Below are positions 1 to 9,159 of a stretch of DNA of 55,397 bases, in pieces. A program made the position numbers and the translations under genes. This stretch comes from an uncultured Endomicrobiia bacterium (lineage in GTDB: Bacteria > Elusimicrobiota > Endomicrobiia > DTEH01). The DNA is taken from assembly GCA_938074745.1 (NCBI GenBank), contig CALJEJ010000025.1, positions 1 through 55,397 on the forward strand, read 5' to 3'. The notes under the pieces are model-generated. The model did no database searches and had not been told where the DNA came from. It saw only the letters and a list, made by a program, of their open reading frames with translations. Position 1 is the stretch's first letter, and each line of letters begins with the position of its first letter.

Positions 1-12
1 CTGACGATTTTT

Positions 13-159
13 TGGAGTAGAGCCTTTAGCTCGTTAAATTATAAATTTTTCTTCACGTGGATAAATCCTTTACTCCCACGAGGCTAAAGCCTCTACTCCA
101 AGAATTTCAGTGGCTACTTAACAGTGTATGAAAGAGCAAAGTTTACGCTTTGCCGCTAC
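13..159. repeat. Cluster of REP-like (GTAG/GGAG-terminated) short palindromes
   Basis: TGGAGTAGAGCCTTTAGCTCGT (13-34), with related inverted copies at 54-76 and 77-100 (rc TGGAGTAGAGGCTTTAGCCTCGTG). GCAAAGTTTACGCTTTGCCGCTAC (136-159) recurs with 23/24 identity at 35613-35636. Confidence 0.6.
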
Positions 160-171
160 GTTTTCTACCGT

Positions 172-197
172 GGACTGTGGACTATTGACTATCAACT
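172..197. repeat. Degenerate heptamer tandem repeat
   Basis: GGACTGT GGACTAT TGACTAT CAACT. Confidence 0.5.
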
Positions 198-272
198 GAA
201 CATTTCCTATCACCTGCCACCCTTTTTTATTTTTTCAATTTTCTTACAACTACCACTTTCTTTCCCAAAAGA

Positions 273-290
273 TTGTGATTTTTTTCACAA
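273..290. promoter_or_regulatory. Rex/CRP-type operator
   Basis: TTGTGA-N6-TCACAA, close to the Rex box TTGTGAA-N4-TTCACAA, lying just downstream of a consensus -10 box. Confidence 0.6.
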
Positions 291-300
291 AGTTTTAGGT

Positions 301-329
301 ATTATATAAAACAAAAAATTTTTTGTCAA
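301..329 (-). promoter_or_regulatory. Sigma70 promoter (target gene lies outside the window)
   Basis: Exact TTGACA-N17-TATAAT on the minus strand. Confidence 0.75.
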
Positions 330-408
330 GTATGTTTAAAAAATTTTAGTTATTATTTGCAGGGTTAAAAATTTTAATGTGTATCTAATTTAGAGTAGAA
401 AGGCACAA

Positions 409-2445
409 CTACAACTGTAAACTTACACCTGCAAGAATAGTTCTTGCTGGCATTGGATAGCCAGGTTTTTCTTCATACATAGTATCAAATAAGTTATTTA
501 TTTTAAAATTTAACTTGAGATATTTGTTTATTGCATAACTCAAATTTAAATCTACAACAGTGAAATTTCCATATTCTATCTCAGTTTGACCTATATATAC
601 AGTAGTAAACCAATTGGGTTCAACCATTTTTCCTACATAACGAAAATTAAGTCTTCCTGCAAGTTTTTTGTCAGTATAACTTATTCCATAATTAGCCTTA
701 GTTTTTGCTACGTTGTAAAGGTCTTTATCGTTGGTAACATCTTTTGCTTGCAACAGATAGGTAAAATTAGAATATAACTCAACTGCCTGAGTAAGATTAA
801 ATAATTTAGCAAGATTAAAAGAAAAAGTGTTTTCTATACCACTCATTTTTGCCTCACCAATATTTTCAAAAGTAGTTTCAGTTGCGCTAACCCTTTTACG
901 TTGTATTTTATCTTTAACATCTGTATGGAAATATGTAATATCTATATTCAAATGCGAAATACCGACTTCCAAACCAAAGTCATAACTTAAACTAGTTTCT
1001 GGTTTTAAATCAGGATTACCACGAGTAGTCTTCCCCCAAACAGTATAATATCCAGCTTTCTCTCTAGGTTTAGGTACAACAAATGCAGTACCAACTGTAG
1101 AATGTAGTTTCGCAAAATCTTTAATCTTAACCACTACACCGCCACGAGGATTGAAACTTGAAAGTTTTTCTTGTCCGGGTTGATAGTTCCCAGCAAAATA
1201 TGGTGTTTCAAGTGTTTTAAGTGTATAATCGTCATATCTTGCACCTAAAGTTGTAATAAGTTTCTCATCAAGCAGAGACAATTTATCTTCTGCAAATATA
1301 GCAAAATTTATTTTTTCATTATCTGGTTCGTAAGGAGAAAGTCTACTACCGTCTGTAGTATATCTTTCTGAAACAGTTTTGTCTTGATTATAGTCAATAC
1401 CAACTGTCAATTGATTATTAAATGGCAATTTTATGGTATCTTGGACTTGAAAACCTATATAGTCTGTGTAAGAGAGATATGATTTATACCATGTAACTTT
1501 TTCCCATGTAAACGGGTCGTATTCACTATAATAAAGACTATTGTCTTTTGCGATAAAGATTCTACTAAGCAAAGAATGTTTTTCTTCGTGTGTCTTTACG
1601 TTGTAAACAAGGTCAACTGAAAATCTATCCAAATCTTTTTTCCCCGGTCCATATTCACCAAAAATGTCTCCAGCATAGTTTATATCTTTTCCTATAAACA
1701 TATCGGTTCTTAAATCTAACCGCTGATTTGTAGTAATACCATAACCTAACCGTATACTACCACTATAGTTGGTATAACTATTTCCTTTCCATGTCCCACC
1801 GGACCATTCCCAAGCACCAACACTATATTTAGGCACGTCGTAATCACCTTGAACTATTCTACTAAAAGAAAAGTCAAAATCAAACTTTTCGTTTATATTC
1901 CCACCAGTAACTAAACCTATTTTACCCGAAGAAAAACTTCCATATTCTAAATCTATCTTTGTTTTAACTTTCCCTTTACTTTTCTTAGTAATTACGTTTA
2001 TAACTCCAGCCATTGCTTCTGAACCATATAAAGAAGATGCTGGACCTTTTAATACTTCTATTCTTTCAACATCATCTAAAAGAATAGTGGAAAGATTTAT
2101 AGTCCCCGCTCTTCTTCCATCAACTAATAATGCGTGATGTTTGATATTTGTAAAAAGTTCCGGGCTAAATCCACGTAAGTTTACTACACTTGAAACTCCC
2201 GGGTAAGAAATTATATCAACACAACTATTTTTTGCTAAAACTTCTGTAAGTGTTTGTGCATTTGTTTTTTTAATGTCTGTAGAAGTGATCACATCTATGA
2301 CTGCAGGTTGGTTCTGTTTTAAAACTTCTGTCCTAACCGGTGTTACAACTTTTTCTAATTTTAACCATACAGTAGGCTCTTCTTGTGCAAAAGTTAATTG
2401 TAAAAATGCTACTGCGAATATTACTCCAAATATTTTTTTTCTCAT
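409..2445 (-). CDS. btuB: TonB-dependent receptor, probably cobalamin (BtuB-like)
   Basis: Signal peptide; plug motif VERIEVLKGPASSLYGSEAMAGVINVITKK; GNPDLKPE; C-terminal INNLFD..Y...PGYPMPART. SD AAGGAGG is better spaced to ATG 2445 than to 2451. Follows a B12 salvage operon. Confidence 0.85.
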   Translation of the reverse strand: MRKKIFGVIFAVAFLQLTFAQEEPTVWLKLEKVVTPVRTEVLKQNQPAVIDVITSTDIKKTNAQTLTEVLAKNSCVDIISYPGVSSVVNLRGFSPELFTNIKHHALLVDGRRAGTINLSTILLDDVERIEVLKGPASSLYGSEAMAGVINVITKKSKGKVKTKIDLEYGSFSSGKIGLVTGGNINEKFDFDFSFSRIVQGDYDVPKYSVGAWEWSGGTWKGNSYTNYSGSIRLGYGITTNQRLDLRTDMFIGKDINYAGDIFGEYGPGKKDLDRFSVDLVYNVKTHEEKHSLLSRIFIAKDNSLYYSEYDPFTWEKVTWYKSYLSYTDYIGFQVQDTIKLPFNNQLTVGIDYNQDKTVSERYTTDGSRLSPYEPDNEKINFAIFAEDKLSLLDEKLITTLGARYDDYTLKTLETPYFAGNYQPGQEKLSSFNPRGGVVVKIKDFAKLHSTVGTAFVVPKPREKAGYYTVWGKTTRGNPDLKPETSLSYDFGLEVGISHLNIDITYFHTDVKDKIQRKRVSATETTFENIGEAKMSGIENTFSFNLAKLFNLTQAVELYSNFTYLLQAKDVTNDKDLYNVAKTKANYGISYTDKKLAGRLNFRYVGKMVEPNWFTTVYIGQTEIEYGNFTVVDLNLSYAINKYLKLNFKINNLFDTMYEEKPGYPMPARTILAGVSLQL

Positions 2446-2520
2446 ATGCATGTCCTCCTTTCAGACAAAAGACTTTTTTTCTGTTTGGCTTTTTTTATAA
2501 AATTTAAAATCTCTCCTCAA

Positions 2521-2545
2521 CTGACATTTTGGGACATTATGTCAG
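2521..2545. promoter_or_regulatory. Inverted repeat, candidate operator upstream of btuB
   Basis: CTGACAT-N11-ATGTCAG. Confidence 0.5.
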
Positions 2546-2564
2546 CAAATCCGAATAAAAAATT

Positions 2565-2732
2565 TTAAGATTTTCTATTATTAGCAACTTTTTTAATAAT
2601 GCGCCAGATATGCCTTTCTGACAGTTTAAATTTATGTGCAATAATTTTTATTGGTACACCTTTTTTCCGTAAGTTCAATATTTTATTATTTCTGGAGTTC
2701 AGGTAATTAATAAAAACTTCATTGAGACGCAT
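2565..2732 (-). CDS. Small helix-turn-helix protein (Mor/CD3324-like), 55 aa, missing from the ORF track
   Basis: Hand translation: MRLNEVFINYLNSRNNKILNLRKKGVPIKIIAHKFKLSERHIWRIIKKVANNRKS. Pattern RN..I......G.....IA..F.LSER.I.RII. Confidence 0.7.
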   Translation of the reverse strand: MRLNEVFINYLNSRNNKILNLRKKGVPIKIIAHKFKLSERHIWRIIKKVANNRKS

Positions 2733-2802
2733 TTTTGTTTTTACTTTTTATACTATCTCCATTCTAACTGACGAATACTAAACTTTTTGAGTTCTACTAC
2801 AT

Positions 2803-3552
2803 TTAGAAATTGTGCCTGTATGAATTAAGTATTATAAAAACTGACAATATTGTAATTTCGGCAATTTCGTTAATCGCACCGATAGAATCGCCTGTCATAC
2901 CGCCAATTTTTTTAGTTAAAAATTTAGTAGTAATAATAACAACCAACACGGAAAATACAATCATAGCAATTGCAACGATTATGTTAAAAAACAACATAGC
3001 CACTATAACACAAACTATAGTTGAAATTGCTAAACTTTTCATATTTGTATTTTCGATAAAAAGTTTTCCGAGCCCATCTGGTTTTGCAGGTTTTGAAAAA
3101 AACATTGACACTACCATACAGTATCTTGAAATAACTGGAAAAATTAACAAAATATTCTGAAAGATTCCGACAGGAATTTTATATAGTAAAACAAACTTTA
3201 GTAGAATATCACACACAATTGCAACAACTCCTTCTGCACCGATATGGCTATCTGACATAACTAAAAGAATCTTTGTTTTATCTTTAATACTTGCTGAAAT
3301 ACCATCAACAGTATCTGATAATCCATCAAGGTGAAAACCGCCTGTAAGAATAATATAAATGACTAATACGAAACCAACAACTATTTCTCGAGGTAATAAT
3401 AAAAATTTCTCAAGTATCAAATCTAACAAAAAAAGTATCGCACCAAGAATTAAACCAACAAATGGAAAATATGCAGTTGTCAAAAAAGTTATTGAATAAC
3501 TCTTTATTGGCACAATTGTTAGAAAACTAATAGCAGAAAATAAATCTTTCAT
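2803..3552 (-). CDS. cobS: Adenosylcobinamide-GDP ribazoletransferase (cobalamin synthase)
   Basis: FLTIVP, FPFVG, LTGGFHLDGLSDTVDG, MSDSHIGAEGV, IGGMTGDSIGA; multiple TM segments. Confidence 0.95.
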   Translation of the reverse strand: MKDLFSAISFLTIVPIKSYSITFLTTAYFPFVGLILGAILFLLDLILEKFLLLPREIVVGFVLVIYIILTGGFHLDGLSDTVDGISASIKDKTKILLVMSDSHIGAEGVVAIVCDILLKFVLLYKIPVGIFQNILLIFPVISRYCMVVSMFFSKPAKPDGLGKLFIENTNMKSLAISTIVCVIVAMLFFNIIVAIAMIVFSVLVVIITTKFLTKKIGGMTGDSIGAINEIAEITILSVFIILNSYRHNF

Positions 3553-3580
3553 ATTTATCATCACTTTACGTGTTTACAAC

Positions 3581-4660
3581 TTACATTTTCTTTGTCACAC
3601 CAGCACTTTCAAACGTTGCCATTTCATTTAGAATTTTACAAGATACTTCTATAATACTCATTGCCAAACATGCACCTGTTCCTTCACCCAACCGCATATT
3701 TAAGTTTAGTATAGGTTTAATTCCAAGAAATTCAAGTTGAACTTTATGCCCGGGTTCTTCTGAAAGATGTCCTGCAAACATATACGGGATACATTTACAC
3801 GACAATGTTGCAGCGATTAACGCTCCTGCTGCAGAAACGAACCCGTCAATCACAACCGGTATTCTATTCGCTGCACAAGCAAGTATTACTCCTGCAATAC
3901 CACCTATCTCATACCCACCAAGTTTGTACAAAATATCAATCCCGTCAGTAATGTTAGGTTTGTTACACTCAATTGCCTTTTTTATTACTTCAATTTTAGT
4001 TTGATATGTTTTATTATCTATCCCTGTGCCATAACCTGTAACTTCTTCTACTGGTTTACCTGTAACAACTTGAGTAATTGCAGACGCAGAAGTCGTATTC
4101 CCTATACCCATATCACCTACCGCAATTAAACATATTTCATCTTTATGGAAAATTTTTTCTTTTAATAATTCTTCTACTAGTTCAATTCCTGTATTTATTG
4201 ATTTTATAGCTTCTTGTTTACTCATTGCAGGTCCTTTGACAAAATTTTTCGTCCCAAAAGAAATTTTTCTTAACTTAAATTTTTCATCTTGAATGTTCAA
4301 CTCTTTATCAACTCCAATGTCTACCACAATAACATCAGCACCAACATGTCGTGCAATAACATTTATTCCCGCACCACCATGAATAAAATTGTAAACCATC
4401 TGTGAAGTAACTTCTTTAGGATACGCAGAAACACCTTCTTGAGTAACCCCGTGGTCTGCCGCAAAAACAAATACTGTCTTACTGACTACTTTCGGAGATA
4501 ATTTGCCAGTGATACTACATACTTTTTTTACTATTTCTTCAAGATAACCTAATGAACCTATAGGTTTCGTGAGATTATCTAGACGTTTTTGTATTTCTGG
4601 AATTATTTGTTCATCTATAGGAGAAATTTTTGTTATTGTGTTATTAATTTTTTCCATCAT
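3581..4660 (-). CDS. cobT: Nicotinate-nucleotide--dimethylbenzimidazole phosphoribosyltransferase
   Basis: LTKPIGSLGYLE, FAADHGV, GDMGIGNTTSASA, LNMRLGEGTGA, MATFESAGV. Confidence 0.96.
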   Translation of the reverse strand: MMEKINNTITKISPIDEQIIPEIQKRLDNLTKPIGSLGYLEEIVKKVCSITGKLSPKVVSKTVFVFAADHGVTQEGVSAYPKEVTSQMVYNFIHGGAGINVIARHVGADVIVVDIGVDKELNIQDEKFKLRKISFGTKNFVKGPAMSKQEAIKSINTGIELVEELLKEKIFHKDEICLIAVGDMGIGNTTSASAITQVVTGKPVEEVTGYGTGIDNKTYQTKIEVIKKAIECNKPNITDGIDILYKLGGYEIGGIAGVILACAANRIPVVIDGFVSAAGALIAATLSCKCIPYMFAGHLSEEPGHKVQLEFLGIKPILNLNMRLGEGTGACLAMSIIEVSCKILNEMATFESAGVTKKM

Positions 4661-5357
4661 GTTTCACCTCTTTTTCTTCAACTGTGTATTTCTTAATATC
4701 TAAAAACCATGCAGACCAAAAAGTTTTTTTGAACACTTTCCGTGTAGCCAAAATTTTAATCTTTTTATTAAATATTGGTCCGTCATAAACAAATGTGTGG
4801 TATTCTCCGTTTTCTCCACAAGGACAAATTTTGTATTTTTTTATTTCTTTTAAAAAATTTTCGTTAATCTCTTTCCCGAGAAACTTCTGTGGTAAAAGTT
4901 TTGCATTTATACTTACTACTTTAGATTTAAACCCTAACGAAATAAACTCTTTTAACACTTCTAACACAGGTTTTTTCCATAACGGTTCTACTAATTTTAA
5001 TCCTACTTTCCTACATTGTTTTCTTATCCAATTAGGATGTTCCTCAAGATATATATCTCCACAAACAAAATATTCTATTCCTAAACTCTTTAACTTTTTT
5101 AACATTTTAATAAACTTTGTTTCATAAGATTTTTGTCCCTTACCAACTGTATATTGAAGTAAAGGTATACCCAAACATCTTGCCTGTAAAGAAATAACTT
5201 CCCGAGGAATGCCATGAAACGAACTTCGTCTAACTTTGCGAGAAATAAAATTTACTAAATATTTTACGTTATATCCTAATTGTAAAGCATACCATAAAGA
5301 TAAAGTAGAATCTTTTCCTCCACTAAAACTGCATGCTGCAAGTTTCTCTTTTTTCAT
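4644..5357 (-). CDS. Diphthine--ammonia ligase (Dph6/MJ0570)-family PP-loop ATPase
   Basis: SFSGGKDS, FHG, GDIYLEEH, EPLW, CPCGENGEYHTFVYDGPIF; ATGA overlap with the cobU stop. Confidence 0.9.
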   Translation of the reverse strand: MKKEKLAACSFSGGKDSTLSLWYALQLGYNVKYLVNFISRKVRRSSFHGIPREVISLQARCLGIPLLQYTVGKGQKSYETKFIKMLKKLKSLGIEYFVCGDIYLEEHPNWIRKQCRKVGLKLVEPLWKKPVLEVLKEFISLGFKSKVVSINAKLLPQKFLGKEINENFLKEIKKYKICPCGENGEYHTFVYDGPIFNKKIKILATRKVFKKTFWSAWFLDIKKYTVEEKEVKHDGKN

Positions 5358-5863
5358 TTTATCCTTAAACTTATACCACAAAACATAAGATATACCCTAT
5401 CAGCATAACTTGCTAAAATTTGGTTAGTTTTGCCAAGCAACTCTTGAAACTTCCTACCTAATCTGTTTGTTGAAACTAAACTCATCCCTACTTCATTTGA
5501 AACCAATACTGACATTTTAAATTTTTTTAACTGTTTACATAAATTTTCAACCTCAGATAAAATATCTTTCTCATCATGATACTTTCCCATCATATTAGCA
5601 ACCCACATATTAACACAATCTATTATTATATTTGAACCTTTTGGAAGTTGAGATACTAACGATACAATTTTAATAGGTTCTTCTATAGTAATAAAATTTC
5701 TACTTCTGTTTTTCTGATGAAGTTCTATCTTTATTTTTATTTCTTTATCTACAGGTTTTGCTGTAGCAATAAAATATACATGTTCTTTTTTGTTAACCAG
5801 TGAACAAGCAAAATTTGATTTCCCACTTTTTATCCCGCCAGAAATTAAAATTATTTTATTCAT
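5354..5863 (-). CDS. cobU: Adenosylcobinamide kinase / cobinamide-phosphate guanylyltransferase
   Basis: GGIKSGKS, YFIATA, IEEP, IDC, VSNEVGM. Confidence 0.93.
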   Translation of the reverse strand: MNKIILISGGIKSGKSNFACSLVNKKEHVYFIATAKPVDKEIKIKIELHQKNRSRNFITIEEPIKIVSLVSQLPKGSNIIIDCVNMWVANMMGKYHDEKDILSEVENLCKQLKKFKMSVLVSNEVGMSLVSTNRLGRKFQELLGKTNQILASYADRVYLMFCGISLRIK

Positions 5864-5868
5864 AATTT

Positions 5869-6405
5869 TTAATATTCTATACCTTTCCGTATTAAAATTT
5901 TTTTGTCATAAGGATGTTTTATTTTTTTTATATACGAAATATAATCAACATACTTTTTAAGTTTTTGGACAATTTTTTTATCTGATTGACCTGTTAAAAC
6001 CAGTTCTGTATTTTCTGGTTTTGATTTTAAAAGTTTTACCAGTTGACTTATGGATAAAAGTTTTTCTCTAACACAAACAAGTATTTCATCAAGTACTATC
6101 AAATCAAAGTTTTTATTAAAAATTTCGTTTTTGATAAAATTTATACTCGTAACAATTTCTTGCTTTATTAATTTTTTGTCATATTTTTTGTCAAAATAAG
6201 GACATATTTTAGCAAAATTGTAAATTTTTAAATTATGCAATTTTTTTAAAATATTAAACTCTCCATATCCGTATTTTTTAGGGTCTTTTTGAAAAGTTAT
6301 ATAACATACCTTAAATTTATGTCCTAACATACGAATTGTTAACCCAACCGCAGCAGTTGTTTTACCTTTACCATCACCCGTGTAGACATGTATTAATCTT
6401 TTCAT
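5869..6405 (-). CDS. cobO: Cob(I)yrinic acid a,c-diamide adenosyltransferase (CobO/BtuR)
   Basis: VYTGDGKGKTTAAVG, LIVLDE, ELVLTG, KHPY...RKGIEY; SD AGGAG before MKRLIH. Confidence 0.93.
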   Translation of the reverse strand: MKRLIHVYTGDGKGKTTAAVGLTIRMLGHKFKVCYITFQKDPKKYGYGEFNILKKLHNLKIYNFAKICPYFDKKYDKKLIKQEIVTSINFIKNEIFNKNFDLIVLDEILVCVREKLLSISQLVKLLKSKPENTELVLTGQSDKKIVQKLKKYVDYISYIKKIKHPYDKKILIRKGIEY

Positions 6406-6446
6406 AAAAAACTTTTCTCTCCTGTATTTTTGGTATAATAGAAAAA

Positions 6447-7226
6447 TCATTTTTTCCACATCATAGGAACAGGAAATACATACGGTTTGTCTGAAACAGG
6501 ATTAGTTTTTACTATAACAGTTGTTTTATACACTTCTTCTAAAATCTTATAATCTACAACTTCTTGTGGTGAACCCATTTTTCTTATTTCGCCATTGGAA
6601 AGAAGAATTATTTTATCACAATATTCTACTGCTAAATTAAGTTCGTGGAATGTTGACAATACTGTAATCTTTTGTTCCATACTAACCTTTTTTATAAAAT
6701 CAAGTATTGTAACTTGATGTGCAATATCCAAATGTGAGACAGGTTCATCTAAAAGTAACAATTTAGGAGTCTGAATAATACTTTGTGCTATAATTACCCT
6801 TTGTAATTCTCCGCTTGAAAGTTCACAAAGTTTTTTGTTTAATAAACTTTGTATTTCTAATGATGTAATAATTTGAGAATAGATATTTAAATACGATTCT
6901 TTTTCTCTAAACGGGAACCGAGCTAATAACAAAAATTCTTCTACAGAATATTTAAGCGAATAATCGGAAATTTTTGTTGCAAAAGCAACTAATGTTGCAT
7001 ATTTTGTAAATGTGTAGTTTTTTATATTTTGGTTGAATAAAAAAATCTCGCCTTCCCATATAGGTAAAATTTTATCAATGACTTTTAACAAAGTTGTCTT
7101 TCCTGAACCGTTAGGCCCGATTATCCCTATAAATTCGCCAACGTGAAGTTCAAAATTGATATTCCTTAACACAGGGAAATTTTTATATCCTGTAACTAAA
7201 TTTTTTATAGATAGAACAATACTCAT
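6447..7226 (-). CDS. btuD: Cobalamin/iron-chelate ABC transporter ATPase
   Basis: GPNGSGKTT, LSSGELQR, LLLLDEP; operon context. Confidence 0.85.
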   Translation of the reverse strand: MSIVLSIKNLVTGYKNFPVLRNINFELHVGEFIGIIGPNGSGKTTLLKVIDKILPIWEGEIFLFNQNIKNYTFTKYATLVAFATKISDYSLKYSVEEFLLLARFPFREKESYLNIYSQIITSLEIQSLLNKKLCELSSGELQRVIIAQSIIQTPKLLLLDEPVSHLDIAHQVTILDFIKKVSMEQKITVLSTFHELNLAVEYCDKIILLSNGEIRKMGSPQEVVDYKILEEVYKTTVIVKTNPVSDKPYVFPVPMMWKK

Positions 7227-8194
7227 AAAGTTATCTTAGATTTCTTAATATAGAAGATAAAAAATACACTACCCAAAATTCCCGTAAATACACTTATTGG
7301 TATCTCTATAGGGTAAAGTATGTTCCGGGACAAATTGTCTGCAATTGAAACAAACACTGCACCTGTTATTGCGGAAAATAAAATCCATCTGTTATGTTTT
7401 AATCCTACGAATGTTTTCATCATATTAGGAACTATAATCCCAACAAACATAATCACTCCAGATAAAGAAATACAAAAAGTTGAGATAAGAATTACTAAAG
7501 TCAACAAAATTTTTTTTAGTTTTATTTCATCTACTCCTAATGAAATAGATTTTTCTTTCCCTAAAACTAAAATATCCAGTTGGTCCGAATATATTAAAAT
7601 TATCACTATGCACATAGCAATTATTAATGAACAGAGATATACTTCTTTTGTATCTATTCCAGAAAATCCGCCAAGCAACCACAAAAGCACATAATGTAAC
7701 CTGTACGGTTCTATAAACAAAGTTAGCATTACTATCAAACCAGAAAACAAGTAATTTAATACTATCCCTGTAAGAACAAAACCTATATCTATGGTTTTAT
7801 GGAAAATCAATGTCAGCAGATAAATTGCACTGAAAGCAATAATTATACTAATCGTCGACATCAGAAATTTCCCTATTGGTAATTTCAATATCAATCCTAA
7901 CACCACTCCTAACGCTGCAGCAGAAGAAATTCCCAAAGTATAACTTTCACACAACGGGTTTAAAAAAATACTTTGTAATACACACCCTGCAACTGCTAAC
8001 CCCGCACCTACAATATATGTCGCAACAGTTCTTGGTATTCTAATCTGTGTTAAAATTTTATACTCTACATTATTTGTATCTCTGTTTACCAACAAACTTA
8101 TTATTTTGGGTATTGAAAAAAAGTGTTTTCCTAACATTATAGAAAATATAAAATTAGCAATTAATAAAAAAATTAAAAAGTAATACTTCTTCAT
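7223..8194 (-). CDS. btuC: FecCD/BtuC-family permease
   Basis: IRIPR, QSIFLNPL...LGISS, FVGIIVP. Confidence 0.85.
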   Translation of the reverse strand: MKKYYFLIFLLIANFIFSIMLGKHFFSIPKIISLLVNRDTNNVEYKILTQIRIPRTVATYIVGAGLAVAGCVLQSIFLNPLCESYTLGISSAAALGVVLGLILKLPIGKFLMSTISIIIAFSAIYLLTLIFHKTIDIGFVLTGIVLNYLFSGLIVMLTLFIEPYRLHYVLLWLLGGFSGIDTKEVYLCSLIIAMCIVIILIYSDQLDILVLGKEKSISLGVDEIKLKKILLTLVILISTFCISLSGVIMFVGIIVPNMMKTFVGLKHNRWILFSAITGAVFVSIADNLSRNILYPIEIPISVFTGILGSVFFIFYIKKSKITL

Positions 8195-8212
8195 AATTTA
8201 TCTCCATAAAGG

Positions 8213-9061
8213 TTACTGTGATTGTAAGTTTACTTCATATTTTCTTACACTTATTTTTAACTTCCTTTTAATTTCTTTAACAGAAATCCAAAAATTTTTT
8301 ATTGTAGGTTGACAAAAAATGTTGCTATTTAAAATGAATATATTATCATTCTTAACTGCTCTAATCTGAGAATATTTATTCTTAAAAAATTGTTTTATGT
8401 ATTTTTCATTATATCCCATATCTGTCACAAAAATAATATCTGGGTCGCACCTAACCATTTCTTCAACACTTATACGAGGATATTTTATTGAAGAGACAAT
8501 ACAATTTTTTACACCAACAAAAGAGATTATCTCTCCTAAATAACTTTTAGAAGAAGCTACTATCAACGGTTCTAAACTTACAACACATAAAGTTTTTAAT
8601 TTGTAAGGAAATTTTTCTTGATATTCCTGCTGATAGTATCTCTCATAATAAAGGACAACACTTTTTGCTATAGATTTTTTAGCTAAGATCTCAGCTAATT
8701 TAAGAAACTGTTCTACAAGTTCTGTATAAGTATTTACAGGTTCAAACGTGTATACTTTTATATTAAACCGTTCAATTTGTTCTACAATTTCTTTTTGTAC
8801 TCCTTCTTTTGAAATAAAAACAATATCAGGTGCTAACTGAACAATCCTTTCAATATTAGGCTGAAGGTACGTCCCTACAATTTGCTGTTCAGGGTAAAGT
8901 TTACGACAAAAACTTGTTATCCCAACAACTTTCCTACCTTCGTTAAGCAAATACAACTGTTCTGTAATAGATGGTGTTAAAGAAACGATCCTTTTTATTT
9001 CTGAAGAGACTAATGAACTTAGAAAAAACAAAAAAGTTATTACTGAAAATATTTTTCTCAT
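8213..9061 (-). CDS. btuF: Cobalamin ABC transporter substrate-binding protein
   Basis: Signal peptide, RIVSLTPSITEQL, PNIERIVQLAPD, AVKNDNIF. Confidence 0.85.
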   Translation of the reverse strand: MRKIFSVITFLFFLSSLVSSEIKRIVSLTPSITEQLYLLNEGRKVVGITSFCRKLYPEQQIVGTYLQPNIERIVQLAPDIVFISKEGVQKEIVEQIERFNIKVYTFEPVNTYTELVEQFLKLAEILAKKSIAKSVVLYYERYYQQEYQEKFPYKLKTLCVVSLEPLIVASSKSYLGEIISFVGVKNCIVSSIKYPRISVEEMVRCDPDIIFVTDMGYNEKYIKQFFKNKYSQIRAVKNDNIFILNSNIFCQPTIKNFWISVKEIKRKLKISVRKYEVNLQSQ

Positions 9062-9112
9062 TTTAAAACAAAATAAAAAAATTTGTTAAATTATTTCCCC
9101 GGATGGAATTTG

Positions 9113-9157
9113 TTAAAAGGAAAGAAAATACGTAAGAGGTATAATAAAGCAAGCCAT
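9113..9157 (-). CDS. Putative 14-aa leader/mini-ORF (MACFIIPLTYFLSF)
   Basis: Strong SD (GGGAGGGG) about 6 nt before the ATG, immediately after the riboswitch. Confidence 0.4.
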   Translation of the reverse strand: MACFIIPLTYFLSF

Positions 9158-9159
9158 TT

